Part shown: positions 10,188 to 20,926 of the stretch, in pieces
Layout of the letters: every line of letters starts with the position of its first letter
How positions within the stretch are numbered: position 1 is the stretch's first letter
Virus record (IMG/VR): IMGVR_UViG_2529293147_000015
DNA: 49,846 nucleotides
Reading direction: 5' to 3' (one strand)
Source of the DNA: a virus
Taxonomy: Duplodnaviria; Heunggongvirae; Uroviricota; Caudoviricetes
Position numbers and translations under genes: made by a program
The notes under the pieces: generated by a model
The model's input: the letters and a program-made list of their open reading frames with translations, nothing else
The model's database searches: none
What the model was told of the DNA's origin: nothing

Positions 10188-13100
10188 TACCGATACACTC
10201 CGCTTAACTGACCGCCATCACGGGACTGCTGTTGCATAAAGTCCGCTGCAGCTTTTTTCCCGAGGTCATAAACCACCTTCAGGGCAGCCGGACCTATCTG
10301 CCCGTTCGTACCGTCGTTATTGATCGCGATGTTGTACTGCGGGGCAAACATCACCATGCCTGAACCACCAATATCCGCCACAACACCCAGCTTACCGTCG
10401 GCACCACGACGCAGTGGCAGAATGGCTTCAGGCCCCGCTTCTCCCATCACCCCCGCGCCTTTTGCAAAGGCAAAAAACGTCGGGCGGTTAACCACTGAGC
10501 CACTGTAACGGCTCAAATCCGCAGACTGATAAACACCGCCATCCGCATTGGGCGTCACACTGGCAGCGGATGCGCTCCCCCAGCCAAACGCCGAACCAAT
10601 CCCCTTCACCGCCTGCATAATGGCCATCTGCGCCATGATTTTTGCCAGGTCGGAAAGAAGCGAGGCGGTAAAGGATTTGAAATTCAGTTTACCTGTCGTG
10701 CAGAACGTCGCCAGTGCATTACCTGCACTGTTAAATGCCGCTGTAAACATCTGCTCAGCAGTTCCTGCCGCATTATCCGCATCTGCCGTAAAATTCTGAA
10801 ACGCCCGCATGGCACCGTTTTTCCAGTCTGCCTGCATCAGTTCCTGCTCCTGCCAGTAGCGTCTGTTTTCGTTCAGTTGCCGGTTAAGACTGTCTGTCAG
10901 CGTCTGCTCAGCATTCCGGTATTCATCTGTGCCATATGTTCCTTTCCGCTTACTGTCACGCTCCAACTGTTCCCGCTGCTGCTGATATTTTTGTTGCAGA
11001 CTGAACTGTGCCTGGTATCGCTGACGCTGTTTATCCCCCATCCCTGTCGTGGCGATATCCAGGTCATGTTGCTGACGCAGAACCCGCTCCTCTTCCGCCA
11101 GCTGGCTGGCAAGCTGAATGGATTTTTTCTTAAGGTCATTCAGCGCCGTCTGCTTCTGCAGCTCCTGCTGTTTTGCATCCAGCAGCGTCAGCGCCTGAAT
11201 CAGTTCATCCTTATGCGCCAGCACGCTTTTTTCATCTGCCGTCAGCTTTTTACCGGCTAAATCACTGATACGCTGCTGCAGGGCCAGAAGCTGCTTATGC
11301 GCTTCCGTCATTTTTTTCGTGGTCAGTCCCGCGGACTGTCTGGCGGCGGCGATCTGCCCCTCCACCTGCGCCTGTTGCTGGCTGTACTGCAGTAATAACC
11401 GGGTGGCCTCATCATTACGGGTGGCAGGCGTTTCTTTCTTAATGGCTTTTTTGTGACGTTTATTTTCACGCTGTATCGCTGCGTCCCTGACCGACTGATC
11501 TGCGTACTGCATGGCATTAATACGCGCAATTTCACGCTGATGTCGTGCCGCTTCCGTTTCGTTCATCCGGTTCAGCGCGGCATTTTCAGCATTCCGGCGT
11601 TTCTTTTGCTCCTGATAATTCCGCTCTGCCTGCTCTTTTGCATCCTGTAAATCTTTCTGGCGCTTTTTCTCCTGAAGTTCATCAAGGCGCTGCTGGTCGT
11701 ATTCCACTGTGGTGGATGCATTTGTCCAGGGCGATTTTTTCGCACGCTGAATTTTTTCCTGCAGCGCCGCAATCTGCGCATCAAGGGAATCATTACGCCC
11801 GATATTCATGGCGGCATCCCAGAACTGCTTCCACCAGTCAGATAAGGTTTGCAGCGTACTGCCCAGCGCATTGAGATTATTATCAATATCAGATGTGCGT
11901 TTACCGGTTTCCTCTGCCAGCGCTGACATGGCGATCCGGGCAGCATCACTGGCACGCCCCTGTTCCCCGAGAACACGGATTTGTTCAAGCTGGGTGGCAG
12001 TCAGGAAATGCAGTTCATTATCCAGCGTCCTGGCTGCATTTACCGGGTCATCCTTCAGTCGCTTAAACTGACTGATGGTGTCGCTGACAGACTGCCCCAC
12101 TGAACTTTCCATTTGCGCGGCAGCTTTCGCCACCATGGCGATATCACCTCCACGAAATGCACCGCTGCCAACCGCCTGAGCCAGCGCACTGGCTGCAGCA
12201 TGTTGCGTGATACCATTCCCGGAAATGGCGCGACTGAGAGTCCACAGCTGTCCGGTAGTGATGCCCGCATAATGCCCTGTCAACGCCAGCTGACGATTAA
12301 ACACCTCCCCCTCCTTCTGACCGTCATACCAGGCCTTTCCCAGCCCGACAACAGCAGCAGTGAGTCCACCGATAACCCCGCCGACAGCCATGCCTTTCGG
12401 GGACATCAGCGCGTCAATCCATCCGGCACGGTTAGCCAGGGTGATCCCGGAGCCACGAAGCGCACCGAAATTACCCCGGGCAATTTCACCTATCAGAACA
12501 CCTATCTCCTGGCGGGCCGCCGCACTTTTCAGCCCCAGCGAATGCGTGACCTTCCCGGCTTTTTCCATTTTGCTGATATACACCTCAGCCGCACTACTGA
12601 CACCCAGCTGCGCGGCTTTTGCCCTGAGCAGCTCCGTGGATGAAAGATTTTGAGCGGATACCTGCTCCTTCAGCCGCCGGATAAAGGCCGTCTTCTGGCG
12701 GGTGGCGGATTCTTCAGCCTGAGCCAGCACGCGGGTTTTTGCCGTCACTTCGGAGATTAACGCCAGATAATCCTGCTGCGCGATGCCACCATTGTTTCTG
12801 GCCTGACGGACCTGCTGCTGAATACGCTGCAGCTCCTGCAGTCCGGCCCCCGCCTGTTTCACACTGTCAATCTGACGATAAAATGCAGCAGCGGCTTTAT
12901 CCTGAGCAGCAGCCAGTGCCGCCGCCTGCGCCTGCTCCTCACGCATTTTCCGGTTCAGGGCATCAAGTCGCTGACGGGTCTGTTCCACATCCTCTGACAA
13001 CGAAACATGCGCCTGCGCATTCCCCGCCAGTGCCTGAGTCTGTTTCACCGCGGTAGTCGCCGCCTGCTTCTGACTCGCTTCAAACTGTCTGACCCGCGCT

Positions 13101-13219
13101 TCTGCGCGCGCCGCTTCGCTGGCGGTACCATTGAGTTGCGCTTTAATACGCGGAAGCTGTTCCTTAAAATCAGCCGTATCAACACTTAAATCAATAACAA
13201 GGTCAGCTATCTGGCTCAA
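10187..13219 (-). CDS. H: Tail tape measure protein H
   Basis: 1010-aa coiled-coil-rich ORF between G/T and M. Confidence 0.85.
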   Translation of the reverse strand: MSQIADLVIDLSVDTADFKEQLPRIKAQLNGTASEAARAEARVRQFEASQKQAATTAVKQTQALAGNAQAHVSLSEDVEQTRQRLDALNRKMREEQAQAAALAAAQDKAAAAFYRQIDSVKQAGAGLQELQRIQQQVRQARNNGGIAQQDYLALISEVTAKTRVLAQAEESATRQKTAFIRRLKEQVSAQNLSSTELLRAKAAQLGVSSAAEVYISKMEKAGKVTHSLGLKSAAARQEIGVLIGEIARGNFGALRGSGITLANRAGWIDALMSPKGMAVGGVIGGLTAAVVGLGKAWYDGQKEGEVFNRQLALTGHYAGITTGQLWTLSRAISGNGITQHAAASALAQAVGSGAFRGGDIAMVAKAAAQMESSVGQSVSDTISQFKRLKDDPVNAARTLDNELHFLTATQLEQIRVLGEQGRASDAARIAMSALAEETGKRTSDIDNNLNALGSTLQTLSDWWKQFWDAAMNIGRNDSLDAQIAALQEKIQRAKKSPWTNASTTVEYDQQRLDELQEKKRQKDLQDAKEQAERNYQEQKKRRNAENAALNRMNETEAARHQREIARINAMQYADQSVRDAAIQRENKRHKKAIKKETPATRNDEATRLLLQYSQQQAQVEGQIAAARQSAGLTTKKMTEAHKQLLALQQRISDLAGKKLTADEKSVLAHKDELIQALTLLDAKQQELQKQTALNDLKKKSIQLASQLAEEERVLRQQHDLDIATTGMGDKQRQRYQAQFSLQQKYQQQREQLERDSKRKGTYGTDEYRNAEQTLTDSLNRQLNENRRYWQEQELMQADWKNGAMRAFQNFTADADNAAGTAEQMFTAAFNSAGNALATFCTTGKLNFKSFTASLLSDLAKIMAQMAIMQAVKGIGSAFGWGSASAASVTPNADGGVYQSADLSRYSGSVVNRPTFFAFAKGAGVMGEAGPEAILPLRRGADGKLGVVADIGGSGMVMFAPQYNIAINNDGTNGQIGPAALKVVYDLGKKAAADFMQQQSRDGGQLSGVYR

Positions 13220-13517
13220 TTCTTATTCCTCCCGCGATACCTTCCCCCAGAAACATCAGCTCTTCATCTGTCCGGACGGGCGCTTCTGTCTCTGAAGGCA
13301 ACAGGCTGAACATATCCGCCGCCACGGTTTTTCCGGAAACCATCTGCACAATCAGCGTTTTCAGTGTGGCAAATTGCGCATCCAGCCACACATCACTGAA
13401 ACTCTGCCGCCGGAAATAATCCCCCCCCTCTCCCAGTTCTGTGGCTGACATTTCTGACAGCATTCGCCGCCAGTCGCCCCGCCGGAACTCCCGGGCCAGC
13501 CGCATGACAAACTGCAT
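13203..13517 (-). CDS. T: Tail assembly chaperone T frame (expressed as G-T fusion by -1 frameshift)
   Basis: ORF in -1 frame relative to G, immediately downstream and overlapping the G 3' end. Confidence 0.6.
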   Translation of the reverse strand: MQFVMRLAREFRRGDWRRMLSEMSATELGEGGDYFRRQSFSDVWLDAQFATLKTLIVQMVSGKTVAADMFSLLPSETEAPVRTDEELMFLGEGIAGGIRIEPDS

Positions 13518-13525
13518 TTCCTGCG

Positions 13526-13915
13526 TCAGGACTTTTCCGGCGTCAGCACCTCCTTCACGTCATCCCCCTCTGTCGCCACTGTCAGTGCCATACCGCTCAG
13601 CGCCAGAATGCTTTCCGCCGCCATCCCCAGCGCATCCCAGGACCATGTCACGCGCACGGAGGAAAAAAGCGCCGCCACATTCTGAGACTGGTCGGCATTC
13701 CACAGCGAACGGGAAACCAGCCAGGCGTTGATGTCCATCCCCATTTCCATAAAAGCAATCTGGCGGGCCCCTTCTTCCATTCCTGCAGAAGCCTCATCAA
13801 ACTGCGCCGCGCGTTCACGGGCATAAGCCAGGTATTCCACACGCTGCAGACCAGACAGTTCATTCAGTACCACCGACTGATTGCCGTAATTAAACGTATC
13901 CTGTTTCAGAAACAT
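13526..13915 (-). CDS. G: Tail assembly chaperone G
   Basis: 129-aa ORF between V and T; ends ...VLTPEKS with candidate slip site at 13529..13540. Confidence 0.7.
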   Translation of the reverse strand: MFLKQDTFNYGNQSVVLNELSGLQRVEYLAYARERAAQFDEASAGMEEGARQIAFMEMGMDINAWLVSRSLWNADQSQNVAALFSSVRVTWSWDALGMAAESILALSGMALTVATEGDDVKEVLTPEKS

Positions 13916-13975
13916 TTCTCTTCTCCCCGAATAAAAAACCCCGGCGAACCGGGGCTGATGATAAACATGGCCCTG

Positions 13976-14749
13976 TTATCCCCGGGTACGTCCGGTACTC
14001 TTCTCCTCAGCAGGGGCCACGGTCACCTTGACCACCTGCCCCGTACGGCCATCACCGCTCATACCCACAATACTGACCGTCCCTTCCTGGCGGGCAGATA
14101 CCGTAGCCACAAGGCCGCTCAGGCTTACCGTTGCTGTCTGCGGATCCGTGGAAAACACCGTGAGCGTTTTATCCGAGGCGTTTTCCGGTACAAGCACAAA
14201 CGTCAGTTTGGACGTTTCACCAGGATGCAGTGTCACCGCCATCGGTGTCACCGTCACACCGGTGACGCTGACCACCTCCTGACACTCTTCCGCCAGGTAC
14301 GGACGCCCAATCCCGGTGATTTTGATGGTCCGGGTCATCACTTCCGTTGACGTCACCGCTTTGCCCAGCGAACTCAACCAGCCACGAAAAACATCAACTG
14401 TGCCGTTGGGGTACAGAATGCGAAACGCACAAACCTCGCCGGAATAAAACAACTCAACCAGTTTTTTCTGTCCGCTGTCGCCCGGACGCCATGCCAGTGT
14501 GGCAGACGTATCGCCAGCGGTTTTCTGGCCCTGAGATGTGCTCTTCCAGTCCGCATTCTCATCATCAAGATACGTGTCGTCTTCCGCATCAGCCGTCATT
14601 TCGCCCGGCTGCAAATCCTTCACCATTGCCAGTCGCAGCCAGTCCGTGTCTGACAATGCAGACGCAAACGGATCTCCCATCCCGGTATACATCCAGAATG
14701 TTGTCCCTGCGCCTTTCGTTTTCTCCAGTGGATTCGGTGTGGACATCAC
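13976..14749 (-). CDS. V: Major tail protein V
   Basis: 257-aa ORF in the lambda V position with C-terminal Ig-like (Big_2-type) region. Confidence 0.85.
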   Translation of the reverse strand: MMSTPNPLEKTKGAGTTFWMYTGMGDPFASALSDTDWLRLAMVKDLQPGEMTADAEDDTYLDDENADWKSTSQGQKTAGDTSATLAWRPGDSGQKKLVELFYSGEVCAFRILYPNGTVDVFRGWLSSLGKAVTSTEVMTRTIKITGIGRPYLAEECQEVVSVTGVTVTPMAVTLHPGETSKLTFVLVPENASDKTLTVFSTDPQTATVSLSGLVATVSARQEGTVSIVGMSGDGRTGQVVKVTVAPAEEKSTGRTRG

Positions 14750-14768
14750 TCCTCCTTACATTATTTAT

Positions 14769-15170
14769 TCAGTTCGTGTAGGCGATCTGATACGTGATTT
14801 CCGCCATCGCCCACGTCGCCATCTCATCATCGCGCTGGTAGTTAAACCCCTGCGGTGTCATGGTGTCGATCAGCCCGGAAAGCGCCGGTATATGCCTCAG
14901 CGCCGGATAAATGCTATTTTCCATCCACTCATCCAGCTCTGAATCCGGTGCCTGCGCACGGATAAACACAGCGATATGCAGAACGGCCTGCCAGTCGTCC
15001 TCATCTGTCATTTTTCCGGTATACCGGGCATCGCTCAGCCAGACCGCCACAGCGGGCAACTCCTGTGCATCAATAAAGGCCGGAAGCCCGTCAAAAAATG
15101 TGGCGCCCTCGCCACACTCCTCACACAGACGTGCCAGTACCGCCTGACGGATTTTTGTATGTCTGTTCAT
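14769..15170 (-). CDS. U: Tail terminator protein U
   Basis: 133-aa ORF, lambda U length and position. Confidence 0.8.
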   Translation of the reverse strand: MNRHTKIRQAVLARLCEECGEGATFFDGLPAFIDAQELPAVAVWLSDARYTGKMTDEDDWQAVLHIAVFIRAQAPDSELDEWMENSIYPALRHIPALSGLIDTMTPQGFNYQRDDEMATWAMAEITYQIAYTN

Positions 15171-15745
15171 CGTGTCAGAAATAACCTCAGTTGCTGCTTC
15201 AGTGCATAACCCAGTTGTTTCGGCATCTCCGTTTCAGCAATATGCCGACTGGCTTCCGTAAATGCCTGCGTCAGCGGTCCGGACAACGGGATTTTCACCA
15301 CATCAATGGGGTAACGATTTTTGCCGTCAATACGCCGCATCACATGCCAGCGACCGTTCGCCAGTTGCTGAATAAACGCATCCCGGAAAAGATATTTGCC
15401 CACCTTCAGCACACTTCCCCGGTACCGTAGCTTTCCGCCACGCCGCGCCAGCCTGACCTGAGCCGCCCCCAGCTTAATGGCTGGCAGGTTGCCCCGGTTA
15501 ATCCGGATACGGGCATACATTTTTCCTGACGGGCTGGCCTTCAATACCCGGACGCGCTGACGCACCGTTTTCAGGGGGATCCCTTTGACGTGGTTGTCAC
15601 CCGCAACGGTATTCTGCGCAACCTGCCGGGTAGCTACCGAGACCGCTTTCTGCGCTACACGGTTTATCGCCCATGCGCTGGCCTGTGGCACCATACGGGT
15701 ATCAAGGCTGTTCAGATTACGGATGGCGTTTTCAAGACCTTTCAT
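15167..15745 (-). CDS. Z: Tail completion protein Z (start at MKGLENAIRNL preferred)
   Basis: 192 aa from the internal ATG, matching lambda Z length; short overlap with FII. Confidence 0.7.
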   Translation of the reverse strand: MKGLENAIRNLNSLDTRMVPQASAWAINRVAQKAVSVATRQVAQNTVAGDNHVKGIPLKTVRQRVRVLKASPSGKMYARIRINRGNLPAIKLGAAQVRLARRGGKLRYRGSVLKVGKYLFRDAFIQQLANGRWHVMRRIDGKNRYPIDVVKIPLSGPLTQAFTEASRHIAETEMPKQLGYALKQQLRLFLTR

Positions 15746-16106
15746 AATATCGCCCAGTACTGATATCACCCCGGGAAGTGTCACACCGTTGCAGGCGGAT
15801 ATAACAGCATCCCCCGTCGTCCGGAGTAATGCGATCCACCCGAAAAAGATCCCCACCAACCTCCAGCGTATCCAGACGGCGCAGTCCCGTAATATCTGCT
15901 GTTTTCACAAACAAAGACGGTGAAGAATCTTCAAACCGTACTCCTCCGGCAACGAAAGAAATTTTTTCAGGATCATCAAAAACCCCCCTGAGTGTTTTTC
16001 CTTCAAGCTGACCGGACGTAATTACCGCCGTAATCCCCATATGACAAAGAATGACCTCGTCAGCCATGGCGACGGCGGCATCAAACGGATTATCGAAATC
16101 TGCCAC
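15732..16106 (-). CDS. FII: Head-tail joining protein FII
   Basis: MADFDNPFDAAVAMADE... with ...DRITPDDGG, matching lambda FII. Confidence 0.8.
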   Translation of the reverse strand: MADFDNPFDAAVAMADEVILCHMGITAVITSGQLEGKTLRGVFDDPEKISFVAGGVRFEDSSPSLFVKTADITGLRRLDTLEVGGDLFRVDRITPDDGGCCYIRLQRCDTSRGDISTGRYYERS

Positions 16107-16119
16107 CTTTCCCCCACAT

Positions 16120-16503
16120 TCAACACATTTTCACGAGGCCACTTTCTGCCATGCTGGCTGCCACCACAGCAGATACACGAAACACTTCTCCCGGACGTAC
16201 AAATTCCACGGGGTTATCCCGTGTGCCGTGGAGTGCATTGACATGTAACATCACCACAGCTTTGACCATGACCATATCCACAGAATTTCGGTTCTCACTC
16301 TCCCCACGTTCGGATCGTGTTTCGTTTTTTTGTTGTGGTTCTTCATCATCCTTATACAGGCCGTCTGAACCATCACTTAATTCTTCTTCCCACTCCGCCA
16401 GACGTTGTTCAAGATCAGCTTTAGAGCCTGAAATATCGGCATCGCGCCCGAGTGCTACCGCCAGCTCCTGAAGACGCGCTGTTATTTCTTCTTTTGTCAT
16501 CAC
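16120..16503 (-). CDS. DNA packaging protein FI-like
   Basis: 127-aa acidic ORF between E and FII. Confidence 0.5.
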   Translation of the reverse strand: MMTKEEITARLQELAVALGRDADISGSKADLEQRLAEWEEELSDGSDGLYKDDEEPQQKNETRSERGESENRNSVDMVMVKAVVMLHVNALHGTRDNPVEFVRPGEVFRVSAVVAASMAESGLVKMC

Positions 16504-16550
16504 ATCTCTCCTGTGCGATAAAGAAAAAGGCGGGAATATCCCACCTGACC

Positions 16551-17579
16551 TTATTTCACCTTAACTACCACAAACGCGTCCGGATCCGGCAACACCATCA
16601 ACGGCGCAGATTGCGTCATGGTATATTCGCACCCCGGGTCCCCCACCTCTAACCAGTGTTTCGGATAACGAATTGCAGAGGTGATCCCTTCACTCAACGC
16701 CTGGTTATCCTGGATTGCGCCATAACAACGGACACCATCCACCTGAGTGTTTCCAAGAATCAGTGTGCCTTCCGGCAGATAGCGCTGCTCATCCCCGCTT
16801 TCATCAACATACGTTGTTTTCGCCACCATGATGGCCAGATCACCGTAATAACCTTTAAAAGAAACCACGGAACCCAGATCTTTCAGCGCGGTTTCCAGTT
16901 CAGATTTTGAGCCACGGCGGGTATCCAGTTTTTCACGAAACAGCTTAAAACCGTTCAGCATACGCCAGACAGTACCGTCCATAATCGCAATATTGATGGT
17001 ACCGGAAGCAAAATCGCAGTACGCATCCAGATCATGCGTCGGATCAAAGGTGTCAACATTCTGTTTTGACCATTCGCGTCCATCTGCCTGCGTTATGTTA
17101 TTGGCGGCAGAACGTCCAAAATCCACTTCCACCGTCTCAAACTGTTCACCGCTCATGGTGTACTTACCCTGCAGAACAGCGCTGACCGCCTGCATTTCTT
17201 CCACCTGCACAATCGCCTGCTCTTCCTGTTTCAGGTTGTCAGTCAGAATACGCAGGCGACGGTAGGCCGGGTCATTAAGACGGGCCGGATCTTCCCCCGG
17301 AAGACGCTCCACCGCCTGCTGATAATCCAGCCGGTGTTTTGGTTTAACATAGCCGGGGCGTAACACGCGGGTTTCACCACCACGACTGCGCAGTACCTTA
17401 CCTGACACAACCGGAGACACATATGCCGCAACCGGTGTTTTTCCAGTGATTTTATCCAGCATCACTTCCTGAGTATGGAAAGTGACCGTACGACGAAAAA
17501 ACAGCTCCAGAAACAGCGCACGGAATTTCACTTTCTGCTCGGTGTAGCCGAGCAACTGACGCGTGGTAAATAACCCCAT
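16551..17579 (-). CDS. E: Major capsid protein E (start at MGLFTTRQLL preferred)
   Basis: Motifs YVSPVVSG, RSRGGET, PGYVKPKH, VEEMQAVSAVLQGKYTM, EKLDTRRGS, MTQSAPLMVLPDPD match lambda E. Confidence 0.9.
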   Translation of the reverse strand: MGLFTTRQLLGYTEQKVKFRALFLELFFRRTVTFHTQEVMLDKITGKTPVAAYVSPVVSGKVLRSRGGETRVLRPGYVKPKHRLDYQQAVERLPGEDPARLNDPAYRRLRILTDNLKQEEQAIVQVEEMQAVSAVLQGKYTMSGEQFETVEVDFGRSAANNITQADGREWSKQNVDTFDPTHDLDAYCDFASGTINIAIMDGTVWRMLNGFKLFREKLDTRRGSKSELETALKDLGSVVSFKGYYGDLAIMVAKTTYVDESGDEQRYLPEGTLILGNTQVDGVRCYGAIQDNQALSEGITSAIRYPKHWLEVGDPGCEYTMTQSAPLMVLPDPDAFVVVKVK

Positions 17580-17648
17580 AATTGACTTTCCTTTAAAAAC
17601 ACAAACGGGCCGCATCACGACCCGTTTTTTCAGTTAATCATTTCACCA

Positions 17649-17984
17649 TCAGGCGTGGCTGATGGCACTTCCCACAAACGCGTTGGCTTTTTTCACCGCA
17701 TCCACCGAATCCGGCCAGACCAGCGATTCGGTGGCAAACGTACCACTTTTGTAGTACGTCAGTGTGGGCTCGGTCCCGGCCAGCGCCAGTACCAGCACCC
17801 CCACAGCCGTTCCGGCTTTCTGACCATCCCATGCCACCAGTTTTCCGCTGGCGTCATCCAGCATCAGTGGCGTCAGTGAAGGCGTGGCAACACTGATACC
17901 ACTGGTACCTGTTGCGGTATATACCGGATCGCTTCCGGCAAAAATGCGCCCGTCCGCGCGCTTTTCTGTGGTGGTTTTAATCAT
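17649..17984 (-). CDS. D: Head decoration protein D
   Basis: TPLMLD...KLVAWDG...YKSGTF motifs of lambda gpD. Confidence 0.8.
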   Translation of the reverse strand: MIKTTTEKRADGRIFAGSDPVYTATGTSGISVATPSLTPLMLDDASGKLVAWDGQKAGTAVGVLVLALAGTEPTLTYYKSGTFATESLVWPDSVDAVKKANAFVGSAISHA

Positions 17985-18024
17985 TTTCTCAGTCTCCTGA
18001 TTTATCTGAATCACGGATCCACGC

Positions 18025-19365
18025 TTACGGCATACTCATCAGCAGTTCTTTTTCCCCGTTCCCGGCAGTTCCGCCACCGGAAACGGCACTGGCGGCATGC
18101 TGTGCCATGAAGCGCTCAAAAAGTGTTACCTGTGACGGTTGCGATACTGATGGCGCAGCTGCCAGCAGCGTTTTCGCCTGCTCCACTGTCATTCCCGGCT
18201 GTTCAGCCAGCGTCCGTGCCAGTTGTTCACGTCCTTTTGCTTCCGGCAACGCAATAATTTGATCGCCGGAACTTGCCGTGCCGGTTGCCGGTGCCGCTGC
18301 CAGTAATGTTTTTGCCTGCTCAACTGACATTCCCTGCTGACCTGCCAGCATCTGCGCCAGTTTTTCGCGTCCTTTCGCCTCCTGACAATTCAGGATCCCC
18401 ATCACGCGCTGATTTTCCTGGGACACCGCTTCAGCAACGGTGAGATTTTTTGGTGTCATCGTATTCTCCTGTGTAACAGAGTCGTTCAGAGCAGAAACCA
18501 TTACATCAACGGCATCTGCAGCATTAATCAGTTGATCAGCCAGGCCTGTATCAATGCCTGCCTGACCGTCATAAACGGCAGCCTCGGTATTCATCACCAC
18601 CTCTGAACTCAGCCCCGTATAAAGTGCCACCTTGTCGACAAACATCCGGCGGGCATCATCAATACGGCGCTGAAAATCCGCACGCACACCTGTCGGCAAC
18701 GCCTGAATACTGTTGCCGTCAACCTTGTGCTGCCCGGAGTAAATCAGCGTGATATCCACGCCTTCCTGTGCCAGTTGTTTCTCGTAACTGGTGTGCGCCA
18801 TCATCACACCAATCGAACCAATTTTTGCCGTCTGCGTGACCAGCCGACGCGTACAGGCCGCCGCCAGCAACATGGCGGCTGAACAGGCCATGTCATTACA
18901 CAGCGCCCACACGGGCTTCTGTTCCCGCAGACGGTAAATCATGTCAGCACAGTCAAACGCCCCGGCAGCCTGACCGCCCGGACTGTCGATATCCAGTAAA
19001 ATGCCGCGTACATCCGGGTCGTTCACCGCTGACTTAAGACGGGCAGTCAGACCGTCATAACTGGTCATACCGGAATATGGCTGCAGGGTACCCATTTTAT
19101 GTACCAGCGTGCCGCTCACCGGCAGAATGGCAATACCATTTTTCACCTGGTAACTCTTTACCGGACGCGGACCACCAGTCATATAATCGGTAACCTCCAG
19201 CTGCATACCATCGGCATCAAGCTGAACGGCCTGCTGCGGAACGGCAAGGCTGCCCGCCCCCATCTCCTTACCCAGTGCGCAAAAGAAAACCCGCGCATAG
19301 GCGGGTTCCAGTAAAAGCGGCTCATTAAATGCCATCGCGGCAATATGTGATAAATTACAGCGCAT
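18025..19365 (-). CDS. C: Minor capsid protein C / prohead protease (scaffold Nu3 expected in-frame at the 3' end)
   Basis: 446-aa ORF between B and D with ClpP/S49-like peptidase region. Confidence 0.8.
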   Translation of the reverse strand: MRCNLSHIAAMAFNEPLLLEPAYARVFFCALGKEMGAGSLAVPQQAVQLDADGMQLEVTDYMTGGPRPVKSYQVKNGIAILPVSGTLVHKMGTLQPYSGMTSYDGLTARLKSAVNDPDVRGILLDIDSPGGQAAGAFDCADMIYRLREQKPVWALCNDMACSAAMLLAAACTRRLVTQTAKIGSIGVMMAHTSYEKQLAQEGVDITLIYSGQHKVDGNSIQALPTGVRADFQRRIDDARRMFVDKVALYTGLSSEVVMNTEAAVYDGQAGIDTGLADQLINAADAVDVMVSALNDSVTQENTMTPKNLTVAEAVSQENQRVMGILNCQEAKGREKLAQMLAGQQGMSVEQAKTLLAAAPATGTASSGDQIIALPEAKGREQLARTLAEQPGMTVEQAKTLLAAAPSVSQPSQVTLFERFMAQHAASAVSGGGTAGNGEKELLMSMP

Positions 19366-20926
19366 CGCCTTTTTCTCCCGTTGTCTGTCGGATCTGCTGT
19401 TGAAACGCGTCCTTTATCCAGACCGGACGCGGAAGACCGGCAGCCTGTCGCTCCTGAGTTTCCCGTAGCTGCTGGCGGAAAATCTCCTGATAGTCATCCC
19501 CCATCAGGGCCAGCTCTTTCTCGTATGTACTCAGGCCGCCTTCAATGCGCATCACCGCTTCCTGCACTTCCTTAAGGCCATCAATCGCCATACGACCGGC
19601 ACCAATCCACTCGGCACGGCACCACCCGGAACGGGCCTCCCAGAATGAGAAACGGGATTTCGGCGGACGGATCACACCACGAATAAGGGCTTCCTCCATC
19701 CAGCAGGCAAACATCTGTGACGCCAGGCGACTGGCCACAAATTTTCGTTTTCCCATAAAATACCGCCACGACTCATTGGCGGATGCCCTGGCACTGGAAT
19801 AACTGACCTGTGAATAATCACGGGAAAGCTGCTCATACGACACACCCAGTCCGGCAGCAATGTAACGTAACAGCGCCTTTTCCAGTTCAGAAAAACCATT
19901 ATCCGCATTCTGGGCTGTCTGCAGATTCAGTGAATCTCCCGGGTAAAGATGCGGAATACGGACCCCGCCCAGTTTTACCGTATTGGTGGCGTAATAACGC
20001 GCGTAGCCTTTCATGATGGTGTTCAGGGGATTTTTACCTCCATCTCCCACCCCGGCGATATATTCAAACGCTTTTTCCGAATCCAGTGTGGATTCAATCG
20101 TGGCGGCATACATGGCGCGAACCACCGCCGACTGCAGTTGCGTGGCCTGCAGTGTGTCGAGCATCTTGAGACGCTCCATTACAGAATAAAACTGGTTGGC
20201 CCCGCGGGTCTGCCCGTCTTCCTGTGGCTGAAACACATGGATCATTCCCGGTCGTCCGGAAGGCAGTGTTGCCGTAATTCGTGTCCATTTACTGACACCG
20301 TAGCCGGGCCAGTCATCATCCTGAACATGGTAGGCCAGCGCTTTTCCGTGTCGGTTTATTTCCCCCCCGGCACGCATAAAACGATCGCTGGTACCATAAC
20401 CGGGTGTACTGACACGCTTCGGGCTGATGGTTTTGAATTTCGTCCGGAATAATGACGTGGATTCCGCATCCCATACGGGCTGGACAAAAATTTCACCGTT
20501 AAACGTATGGACCCCCACCCCTTCACGAATGAATTCGGTAAACGAACGACGCCCTTCCACATCCATCATACCAAACACCGGATCGCAGTATTCCATCCAC
20601 GCCGCCTCAACATCTTCAATAAAAGCATGTGAATCTGCTTCCGACATCCCCAGCCAGCGCCAGTTGGGACGGTAACTCAGACGAAACATGTGCCCGACAA
20701 TATGATCCTTATGAATTTCCACTGCATTCGATGCAATACCGTTGTTACGGACCAGATCATCCGCGCGGGCGTTACCCAGATGAATGGAAGGTAAGAGCGC
20801 CACGTCGGCACTTTCCGGTGCAGGCAGCCATTCTGCCATTTGCCCACCGAACCCGGAACCACCACCAGAATATCCCATGCTTTGCCGTAAAGGCTGCCCA
20901 TGAATATCCACCAGTTCCCCGTTCAC
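19355..20926 (-). CDS. B: Portal protein B
   Basis: 523-aa ORF immediately downstream of W and terminase A. Confidence 0.85.
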   Translation of the reverse strand: MNGELVDIHGQPLRQSMGYSGGGSGFGGQMAEWLPAPESADVALLPSIHLGNARADDLVRNNGIASNAVEIHKDHIVGHMFRLSYRPNWRWLGMSEADSHAFIEDVEAAWMEYCDPVFGMMDVEGRRSFTEFIREGVGVHTFNGEIFVQPVWDAESTSLFRTKFKTISPKRVSTPGYGTSDRFMRAGGEINRHGKALAYHVQDDDWPGYGVSKWTRITATLPSGRPGMIHVFQPQEDGQTRGANQFYSVMERLKMLDTLQATQLQSAVVRAMYAATIESTLDSEKAFEYIAGVGDGGKNPLNTIMKGYARYYATNTVKLGGVRIPHLYPGDSLNLQTAQNADNGFSELEKALLRYIAAGLGVSYEQLSRDYSQVSYSSARASANESWRYFMGKRKFVASRLASQMFACWMEEALIRGVIRPPKSRFSFWEARSGWCRAEWIGAGRMAIDGLKEVQEAVMRIEGGLSTYEKELALMGDDYQEIFRQQLRETQERQAAGLPRPVWIKDAFQQQIRQTTGEKGDAL

